A stretch of 64,000 nt of DNA from Eledone cirrhosa (taxonomy: Eukaryota): positions 40,610,001 to 40,674,000 of the forward strand of contig OZ024746.1 of assembly GCA_964016885.1 (NCBI GenBank), read 5' to 3'. The position numbers and the translations under genes are program-made. The notes under the pieces are model-generated. The model was not told where the DNA came from. It searched no databases and worked only from the letters and a program-made list of their open reading frames with translations. Numbering within the stretch: position 1 is the stretch's first letter; every line of letters begins with the position of its first letter. Below, piece by piece: positions 1 through 11,400 of the stretch.

Positions 1-965
1 GTGCGTGGGGTTTAAGCGTGCCGTGGGTGCAGGTGGCGTGTGGGAGAAAAAAAATTTTTTGGGTGTGTGTGTGTGGGTGAGTTACACAGGTGATTCCGTA
101 AGAGGATGGTTGAAATGTTGGTAAAATCCTATGATGTTTAGTGGATTCTGTGGTGGTCAAGTTCCACATACGAGCACTCCATGAAGAGATGGTCGGAAGA
201 GGAGAGACGCGGGGCGCGCGCGCAACAGGAAGTGGTCAAGCGGTGGGAGTGCTGTGTGTCTGTCTGTGCCAGGAGGTGGTCAGTGGGCATAGCAGCAGTC
301 GGTGGAATGGTAAAGGGGCGAGGATGGGTAGGTGTGAAAGTTGGAGTGAGGAGGGTGTGTGTATCAGCAGAGGTGTCAGTGGGATGAGTGAGTGTGGAGC
401 GAGGGTGCGGGTGGAACGGGGAGAGAAGGGTGTGTGTAGTTCTATGGAGGGAGTGTGGTGTACTGGTGTGTGTGTAGTTTGATGAAGGGGGTGTTAGTGG
501 GTGTTAGTATACGGGAGGTGGGGAAGGGTTGAATGCAGGTGCGAGTGGGGGCCAGTGGTGGTAGGGTGTGTAGAGTTGGTGGTGTAAGTGGGTACGTGTG
601 CGTGGGGTTGGGGGGTGTTAGTGATGTTAGTTGCGTGTGGGGTGGGTCGTGTAAGTGGGTGCGTGTGCCCGCGTGCTTGGGGTCAGGGGGTGTCAGTGAG
701 GTTAGTTGCGGGGTGGTGGGATGGAGGTGTGGGGGCGAAGGTCAGTGGTGGCAGCAGGGTGTGTGTTCAGTGTGAGCGTGTGTATATATGTGTGCCAGTG
801 GGTGTGTGCGTGTGACAAGGAGGGGGGAGGAGGAGAAGAAGGGAGGGATGCCAGCATGTCAGTTGGGGAAGGGTGGTCGGATGAGGGGTGTGGTGGAGGT
901 GCCAGTATTGTTAGCCGCGGGGTGGGCGGTGAAAAGGAGGGGTGTGCTAGTGGTGCCAGTGGGGG

Positions 966-1169
966 ATATGTATATACATATATATATATATATGTATATA
1001 CATATATATATATGTATATACATATATATATATGTATATACATATATATATATGTATATACATATATATATATGTATATACATATATATATATGTATATA
1101 CATATATATATATGTATATACATATATATATGTATATACATATATATATGTATATACATATATATATAC

Positions 1170-1246
<77 letters not shown>

Positions 1247-1443
1247 CATACATATATATATATATACATATATATATACATATATATATACATATATATA
1301 TATATACATATATATATACATATATATATACATATATATATATATACATATATATATACATATATATATATATACATATATATATACATATATATATATA
1401 TACATATATATATACATATATATATATATACATATATATATAC

Positions 1444-1479
<36 letters not shown>

Positions 1480-1518
1480 GTACATATATATATATATATA
1501 TATATATGTACATATATA

Positions 1519-1572
<54 letters not shown>

Positions 1573-1578
1573 TATATA

Positions 1579-1671
<93 letters not shown>

Positions 1672-1771
1672 TATATATATATATATGTATATACACATAT
1701 ATATATATGTATATACATATATATATATGTGTATATACATATATATATGTGTATATACATATATATATATA

Positions 1772-1806
<35 letters not shown>
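966..1806. repeat. Interrupted (TA)n microsatellite, about 840 bp
   Basis: Near-continuous TA with periodic TG/CA interruptions. It is the source of the poly-YI ORFs. Confidence 0.95.
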
Positions 1807-1810
<4 letters not shown>

Positions 1811-2383
1811 AACAAAGTGCAGGGCAATAAAGATAGACGGTAGTCACGGAATAGGCAGACCTAGAAAAACCTGGGACGAGCTGATAAACTCCGACATCAC
1901 ACACTTACACCTCTCCAAGACAATGTCACTGGACCGAGACCTTTGGCGGTACTCAGTATCAGAGAAGACCCGCCTTACCTAAATATATAGTAAAACCTAC
2001 TCCAGCCAGTAGGCATCTCTAACAAAATACACCCCGTCCCACCACCCCCACCCCCACCCGATCCACACCACCCCGTTCTATGTAAAGTTATGTTGGTGCC
2101 GCGCCATCGAGGCCGAAACAAATGAGATCGTGTAGGTGTCACGACAAAAAAACACACAGTCCACGCTGTAATGTGGCCGTGTAGGCAACACGGTAAAAAC
2201 CTCCCAGACCCACACTGTAAATGTGGTTGGTGTTAGGAAGGGCATCCAACTGTAGAAAACCTGCCAGACAGTCCTATGCGAGCAAGACAATCACTCTTGC
2301 CTCAAGTGGGACTACCCCCGTCCAAACCCATGCAAGCGTGGAACACGGACGTTAAACGTTGATGATGATGATGATGATGATGA
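1806..2383 (+). mobile_element. Young RTE-clade LINE, 3' fragment with extended 3' UTR and (GAT)n tail
   Basis: Encodes [21 protein letters not shown]...SEKTRLT*, nearly the same as the C-terminus of the 6053-8176 copy, and has the same 3' UTR and GAT tail. Confidence 0.9.
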
Positions 2384-3482
<1,099 letters not shown>

Positions 3483-3485
3483 GAT

Positions 3486-3775
3486 GTAGTGAAGATAATA
3501 CGTCAGCAATGACGTGTTCGTCAGAATGTCATTATGCAGACAGCCAGACATACAGACAGATATTATAAGGGTTCGACGGACATTGATAACCAGCGCCTAA
3601 CACCCCTTTAACAACAGAAAACGGAAAAATAAAAGCTGCAGTTAGTATCTTTAGACCGCAAGGGATATATAAATGCAAGTTTGAAGTCAATCGGAGTAGA
3701 AATGTGGATTTGTATAGACTTTGCAAAAATGAGAACACACACACAGACAGACAACAACAGTTTTATATATAGAGA
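3486..3775 (-). mobile_element. Non-autonomous Helitron-like element
   Basis: On the minus strand it starts A^TCTCTATATATAAAA followed by GTCTGTCTGT microsatellite. A subterminal hairpin CGTCA-GCAA-TGACG (3501-3514) lies about 12 nt from a CTAC end, read as a degenerate CTRR. Confidence 0.6.
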
Positions 3776-4812
3776 TATATATGTGTGTGTGTGTGTGTAT
3801 CGTCATCACCGTTTCACGACCATTTTTCCATGCTAGCAAAAAGTAAACAGAAACAATGAAGTAGACAACATAGTATAATGAAGAAATATATTAGTTAAAC
3901 GCTTGATATAGTAGGAAAAAAATCTATGTTTCAGACACTAGTCCTTCATCAGAAGATAGAATGAGAAATAAATGATTAAACAGAAAAATTGAGTGAGAAG
4001 AGGAAGGAGTGTATACACACGCATATATATAAGAATACACATACATACATACACCTACACACTTATATGCATACATACATACATATATGCATTATAAACA
4101 TTGTTTTCTTTAGTTAAGATGGCTGTGTGATTTGAGTGAGATTTGGGTACTATTTCTAGCAAGTCAATGACTACATAAAGGCTCCCTCAGTGTGTGTGTG
4201 TGTGAGTGCGCATGTGTGTGTTTTTTGTGTGAAACCTAGTGAGAGAATGTGTGTCTAAACATAAACATTACATCAATACTCTGTGTGGATTAACTGGTAC
4301 CAGCCTATATTCAATATGTTATTTGATCTTGTCCATAAATATACCACAATATGCCGCCAACTAATTACTAGAGTTGAATAATAATTCAACATGATGCAAC
4401 ATTATCATTGATTATATCTAAGTAAGTGAGCTGTACCTACCAGCCTTATTTTTTTAATAAGCTTCATGTGTTAGGTTTAGCCCTTTTATCATTTACATTA
4501 CTCTATATTTTCACAGTAAAGGCTTTATCTCACATATTCAATCTATGAGATTTTGAAATTATTTATTTTGAGAACAATACCTTAACATCAGTATGAATAA
4601 CCGGTTACAGCTGGTTTGAACAGAAAGAGGTAGAAGTTGTCGTGAATAGACCTGATCAGGATTGCACATCTGTACTTCCCTTACCACATTTTTGACAATA
4701 AGCAGCAACATCTTTGATAACACCTTGGCTAAAATATTAAACTATGTCTTGAGCAGAGCTATGGCCAGAAATTTTCAAATATGTTTCATGTATACTGGCC
4801 ATTCTGCCACAT

Positions 4813-4813
4813 A

Positions 4814-4867
<54 letters not shown>
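4813..4867. repeat. (GA)n microsatellite
   Basis: Directly visible in the sequence. Confidence 0.9.
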
Positions 4868-4870
<3 letters not shown>

Positions 4871-5477
4871 TAAATAAAGCACAGACTAACCAAAGGGGCG
4901 ATCGCAGTAAGGTACTTTAAAATAAAGAAACTTCACAAATATCTCACCCGAGGGGTAGATTACTTGTTAAGCGACCTAAAACTTGAGGATTCAACAAATA
5001 TTTCCCTTTCTGCAGTTTCATGAGCAAAAGAACAGAATTGACTATTCCAATTAATTAATTAAGATATATTTTTTCTTATAATAATAAACCCTCTCTGATA
5101 ATCAAGCTATCTTAATTACTTAATTGATTGATTGGGATAGTCAATGATCCCCTTACTGCAGTTTCATAAGCAAAAGAACAAAATTGACTATTCCAATCAA
5201 TTAATTAATTAATTAAGATATATTTTTTTCCTATAATAATAAAACCCTCTCTGACGATTGACATGTGCTGACAGAATGAGCTATCTTAATTAATCAATTG
5301 ATTGGGATAGTCAATTCTGTTCTTTTGTTCATGAAACTGCAGTAAGGCGATCATTTGTTGAGTCCTGTAGCATTAGGTTGCTTAACTAGTAATCTACCCC
5401 TAGGTGTTTGTAAAGTTTCTTTATTATAAAGTAATTTACTGCAATCTTCCCTTTGGTTAGTCTGTCTTATATAAGAT
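4867..5477. mobile_element. Foldback/MITE-like element with about 200-bp terminal inverted repeats
   Basis: 4867-5065 (cagactaaccaaaggg...ggggtagattac...ctgcagtttcatgagcaaaagaacagaattgactat) is the reverse complement of 5283-5477. There is also an internal direct duplication, 5010-5144 versus 5156-5314. Confidence 0.75.
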
Positions 5478-5711
5478 ATTTCTACTTTTATATATATAAG
5501 CTTCTCTAAATTAGATTCAAAGCAATCTTGTTTATTGAGATGTAAAGTATATTACTGACAAAATTTTTAAATATGTATCATCATCATCATCATTGTCATT
5601 TTAATAGCCACTTTCCCTGCTAGCAAGGGTTGGACAGGGATACATAGACCAAGTCAGTACTGAAGCAGAGCCACTGATCTCCCAGGGATATGTGTCTCAC
5701 TTTATATATGT

Positions 5712-5897
5712 TCAATGCTCCACCGAGTGCACAGGAGAGCTTGTCATGTCTTTATATATACATATATTATCAGGAACTTGATATATGAGGTACATAGGTG
5801 AGACCATATCTTGAAAGAAGATGAAAATAATATATACAGAACAAACACAGCAATGTTATATTGTCATCTTACAATGTTTAAAATTAGCATCAGACTT
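5712..5897 (-). pseudogene. Partial duplicate of CENPL exon 8 with its upstream intron
   Basis: 5769-5897 matches 10220-10600 once two later insertions in the parent are removed. The acceptor ttctttcaag|ATATGGTCTCACC is intact. Confidence 0.8.
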
Positions 5898-6052
5898 AAT
5901 TCATTGCTAGCAGGGAAAGGAGATGTTAAACAATGATGACAATGATGCTAAGAAAAAATTTTTGAAGAAAAATAATTGCTTATATCATATCTGCTTTAGT
6001 AGTCAGAAAACCATCTTCAATCTATGCAATGGCAGCAACTAACTGTCTTCTA

Positions 6053-8176
6053 GCATCATCATCATCATCATCGTTTAACGTCCATGTTCCACGCTTGCAT
6101 GGGTTTGGACGGGAGTTTTCCCACTTGAGGCAAGAGTGGTTGTCTTGCTCGCATAGGACTGTCTGGCGGGTTTTCTACAGCTGGATGCCCTTCCTAACAC
6201 CAACCACATTTACAGTGTGGGGCTGGGAGGTTTTTACTGTTGCCTACACGGCCACATTACAGCGTGGACTGTGCGTTTTTTTGTCGTGACACCTACACGA
6301 TCTCATTTGTTTCGGCCTGGATGTTGTGACACCAACATAACTTTACATTGAAAGGGGTGGTGTGGATGGGTGGGGTTGGTGGGACGGGGGTGTATTTTGT
6401 TAGAGATGCCTACTGACTGTAGTAGGTTTTACTTTGTATTTAGGTAAGGCGGGTCTTCTCTATTACTGAGTACCGCCAAAGATCTCGGTCCAGTGACATT
6501 GTCTTGGAGAGGTGTAAGTGTGTGAGGTCGGAATTTATCAGGTCGTCCCAGGTTTTTCTGGATCTGCCTACTCCGTGGCTACCGTCTATCTTTATTGCCC
6601 TGCACTTTTTTATACAGCTGTCGTCTTTCATGCGCATCACGTGACCATACCAACGTAGCCTTCTCTCGAGTAAACAACATCTGATCCCTCTTATTTCTAA
6701 TTTTTCCCTTAGTTCGTTTATGCTTTGCCGTTCATGTATATTACCATTACATATCCAGCGGAGCATGCAAGCTTCGTTCCTCTCTAGTCTGCGTATATCC
6801 TCTGCACACAATGCCCAGGTCTCACTGCCATGCAACATTGCTGTTCGTATGCAGGCATCATACAGCCTGCCTTTCATTTTTAGGGAGAACCCTTTAGCGG
6901 CTAATAGTGGTATAAGCTCTCTGAACTTTTTCCATCCAGTTCTGACTCTAGCTACTGTACTTTCAGAGCACCCTCCCCCACTGCTGATTTTGTCACCCAG
7001 GTAACGGAAGCTGTCCACTATTTCTATAGAACCCTCTGCGCAATTGAAAGAGCTAGTATTTTGTGGGCACTTGCTGCCACTTATTGCACCAGAGCACCGG
7101 CCACATGTAAAATCTATGTTCTTAGTTAGCTTACCTATGATCCCACTACATCTTTTATGCACCCATACTTTGCATTTGGGACATAAAATGGAGTTTCTAC
7201 CTACGCCTTTCCTACACACTGAGCATGGCCATTTCCCGGAAGGGACCGGCGCCTTATTTTCTTTCCTACAAACTAGAACTTAGCCAGGTTAATTTTAAGG
7301 CCTTTTGATTCTAGGCCGTGCTTCCATGTTTGGAATTTCTTCTCTAGCTCGGCCATTGATTCAGCTATGAGCGTTAGATCATCTGCGTATAGGAGTTCCC
7401 ATGGGCAGCCGGTCTTGAACTCCACTGTTATAGCCTGAAGGGCAATAATAAATAGTAGGGGGCTAAGAACAAAGCCCTGATGAACACCAACTTTTACGCT
7501 AAACTCTTCACTATATTCGTTGTTAATTCTAACCTTGCTGACTGTTTCTTTATACATGGCTTGTATAGCTCTCACAAGCCATTCATCAACACCTAGTTTT
7601 CTAAGAGCCTACCAGATAATGGAACGGGGGACTCTGTCGAAGGCTTTCTCCAAGTCGACGAAAGCTAAGTATAGGGGTTTACTTTTAGCTAGGTACTTCT
7701 CCTGTAGTTGTCGTACAATGAAAAGAGCGTCTGTGGTACTTTTGCCTGACACAAACCCGAACTGCATTTCATCTAGATCAATTCTCTCTCTGATTAGTTG
7801 CGCTATTACTTTTTCCGTGACCTTCATGACCTGGTCGATTAATTTAATGCCTCTATAGTTACTCCTATCTAGGGCGTCTCCTTTACCCTTGTAACAGTTA
7901 ACGATGATGCTGCTACGCCAGTCCTTCGGAACAACCCCATTCTGTATGACTTGGTTTACTATCCGGGTGACCATGGTGTGTCCCACCGTTCCAGAGGCTT
8001 TCAGCATCTCAGCAACTATTTCCGAAGGCCCAGCCGCCTTACCCGTCTTCATATCTTTGATTGCCTTACTTATTATACTACCTTCGACTAACACTGCTGG
8101 TCCCTCTATTGGGTCGATGTGGGGGAGACTGTCTTTCTCCCATTTATTCTCCTCATTTAGTAGCCTTTCGTAGTAT
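6053..8176 (-). mobile_element. 5'-truncated RTE-clade LINE (RT domain and C-terminus), disrupted
   Basis: ORFs 7609-8094, 7273-7575 and 6440-7219 give GKAAGPSEI, NYRGIKL, QFGF, AFVDLEKAFDRV, GVHQGFVLSPLLF, LLYADD, FRYLG, LHGSETW and RLRWYGHVMRM. There is a premature TAG at about 7609, a frameshift near 7273 and a (GAT)n tail at 6053-6072. No endonuclease domain is present. Confidence 0.93.
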
Positions 8177-8290
8177 CTTCTTCAATATGCGCATTATATC
8201 ATAAGGTTTCTTATAAAATAGCTATTTCATTCAAATAAAACATATATAGAACCGAACACACACACTCAAGAATAATTTAAAATATCCTTT

Positions 8291-8380
8291 ATGTAGTAAA
8301 AAATGATTGTGTATTAAAAAATGACTATGTATTAAAAAAATGATTATGTACTAAAAAATGATTATGTACTAAAAAAATGT
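8291..8380. repeat. Short tandem repeat of about 19 bp (atgtattaaaaaatgatt), about 5 copies
   Basis: Directly visible, in the presumptive CENPL 3' UTR. Confidence 0.7.
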
Positions 8381-8447
8381 TTTTAAAGCGTAAAGATATT
8401 CCATTCGCATGCTGGTTTCTTATGAAAGATTTTAATACAGTGCAGGA

Positions 8448-11400
8448 TCACGGTAAACCATACATAGTTGATATATTCTCCATAAATCCAAGCTGTTCTA
8501 AAGAGATATGGCAGAATAATCCCAAAACTTGTACAACATGACTTGGAGAACAGAGCTGAAATGAAGAAAAATGATAAATGATACAAAACCAATAAAACTG
8601 AGTAAAGGTTAAATTTTAAGGATACAGTTATTATTTTAATGGGCTAATTAAATTATTCTCAGAAAAACCTCTAAATAAATCTATAAACATTATCGTGGAA
8701 AAAAAAAATTTAATTATGGTATGATTGAAATTCCACTGACACCGGAAAGGCAGGATTAAAAACCAGAAAGAAAATAAATTTCTTCAGTTTTGTTAGACTA
8801 ACAGTTTCCTGGTGAAAATAGAAATACAGTAAAGATGCATTTTATTTATATTGTTTTAAGCAGTAAATCACCGATATATTCATTAGGCCCATCTTAAACT
8901 TTACTATCAATAAACGCATGCATCAATAAACAATAAAAGCAAGTTTTCATATGCATGAAGCCTAAATTATATTTGCATAAAAAAAAGAAAATGTAAAATA
9001 AAATATTTTCGTAAGAAACTTACTTTCAATACTCCATTGACTGAAACTGATGCCAAAGCATTTCTAATTTTGGTTAATTTCAAAGACTGAAATAAGGAAG
9101 AAATTAGGTTCATATCAAATATCTCATTTTGTTTCAGATAAAATAAAATTAAATTAAACAAACAACAGGATTATACTGAGATCAATTTTAAGTTGAAATA
9201 ATAATTGAGAAATTAACCCTTTAGTATTTACATTACTCTATATTTATTATTGTATTTTCACAGTGAACACTTTATCTTACATAATTATGTCACATAATAT
9301 TGAGTCTATGAGATTTTGGTATTATTTACGTTGAGAACAATACCTTAACACCAGTATGAGCAACCAGTTTGAACATAAAGAGGTGGGAGAATTCTTGCTG
9401 GATACAGCTGGTTTAAATGCTAAAGGGTTATCAAATACAACAGTCAATTTACATATCTACAATCAATTCAAACTATAACTAAAAAAAAATTTCATGTTCC
9501 AATGTTGGTTGTATTCAAATAAATTAATTTAAAAAAAACTGCATACTTACAGTGAGTTTTATTTTAAGAACTTCATAATAGAATATTTCTATTTGTGATA
9601 TAAATTCATTTACTTGATCAATTGTAAATTCATTATCATCTTCATCTGGGTGAATTCTGTAACAAATTGAAAGTAATGTAATATCAAATATGGTTTCTGA
9701 TTTAGGCACAAGACCAACAATTTTTTGGGAAGAAGAAAGTCAATTAAATCGACCCCAGTGCATTATTGATGTTTTATTTTATTGACCTTGTAAGGATGAA
9801 AGGCAAACCTAACCTTGACAGGATTTGAACCCAGAACATAAAGGTCTAACAGCACTAGCACTTTACTGAGAGGGCTTGGAGCATTTTATCATGGTATCAG
9901 CTTTACAAGTGTACAGAGTGAGCTGGGTGCTTTTTGTTATGACATGAGCACTAACAATTTACTAAGTGGGCTCGGAGAATTTCATTGTGGTATCAGCTTT
10001 GCCACTTTACAGAGTAGGCTGGGTGCTTTTCATCCTGATATCAACACTACCACTTTATAGAATGGACTGGGAGCATTTTATCATGACATCAGCACTACCA
10101 CATTAAAACACTAGAGTGCTCATATATAACATGAATTAATTTTTTACTTACTTGTCCCAAATAATCTTTAAGTCTTTTGTATCAATTGATATTTTAACTT
10201 CATTCATTCCTTTAATTTCATCAGGAACTTGATATATGAGGTAAGTAGGTGAGACCATATCTTGAAAGAAGATGAAAATAATATATACGGAATAAACACA
10301 GCAATTCCATGCTAGCGTGGAAAATAGACGTTAAACAATGATGATGATGAATGTTATATTGTCATCTTACAATGTTTAACCCTTTAGCATTTACATTACT
10401 CTATATATACAATTATATTTTCATGGTAAAAGCTTTACCTCACATAATATCGAATCTATGAGATTTTGATATTTATTTTGAGAATACCTTAACATCAGTA
10501 TGAGCAGCCAGTTACAACCGGTTTGAACAGAAAGAGGTGAGAGAATTCTGGCCAGATATGGCCAGTTTAAATTCTAAAAGGTTAAAATTAGCATCAGACT
10601 AAAATATTTACAATATTTCACCATGTTTGTTCAGTGGACTGACACATTCAGTAAAGTACTGAACTAAATACCTTTCAGTAATTACTTCTGTCTCTCTACA
10701 TTCTAAGTTGAAATACCACCAGAGTTGACTTTACTTTTCACTGATTCAGATTTGATAAAAAAATAAATGTATCAACCATGTGTTGGGAGTTACTCAATTG
10801 ATTATTCATAATTTATGTTATTTGATGTCTTAACCCTTTAGCATTTACATTACTCTATATTTACTATTGTGTTTTCATGGTAAAGGCTTTATCTCACATA
10901 TTGAATCTATGAAATTTTGATAACAATGCCTTGTTGTCTAAGGCTCCGTTTGAGTACTGACCAGTCAGTGACGACACGTAAAACCCTGGATAGCAGGGAA
11001 AATAGACCTTAACCCTTTAGTATTTACATTACTCTCTCTATATTATTGTATTTTCACGGTAAACACTTGATCTCACATAATTATCTCAAATAATATTGAG
11101 TCTATGAGATTTTGATATTATCTATGTTGAGAACAATACCTTAACATCAGTATGAGCAGCCAGTTACAACCGGTTTGAACAAAAAGAGGTGAGAGAATTC
11201 TGGCCAGATATGGCTGGTTTAAATGCTAAAGGGTTAATCATTATGTATCAAAGTTCTATACCTTAACAATTCAGACCTAATATATAACAGTAGAAACAGA
11301 TAGATATTCAACTCATTCCTTTAAAGTTTGTAATTGTATACACCTGTGCATACATGCATACAAATGAAACAAAGAAATCAAATGAAAGGAAAAAGACAGG

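Noticed and set aside
141-815. Gly/Val/Cys-rich ORFs
   Set aside because: They result from G/T-skewed, probably low-quality sequence and show no domain.
4685-4728. Exon-like stretch on the minus strand (ttttag|CCAAGG...TGTG|gtaagg; QGVIKDVAAYCQKC)
   Set aside because: The splice signals look good, but I found no partner exons or recognisable protein, so it cannot be supported.
6040-8195. Target-site duplication around the large RTE copy
   Set aside because: Only a short tcttct is shared by the flanks, which is not convincing.
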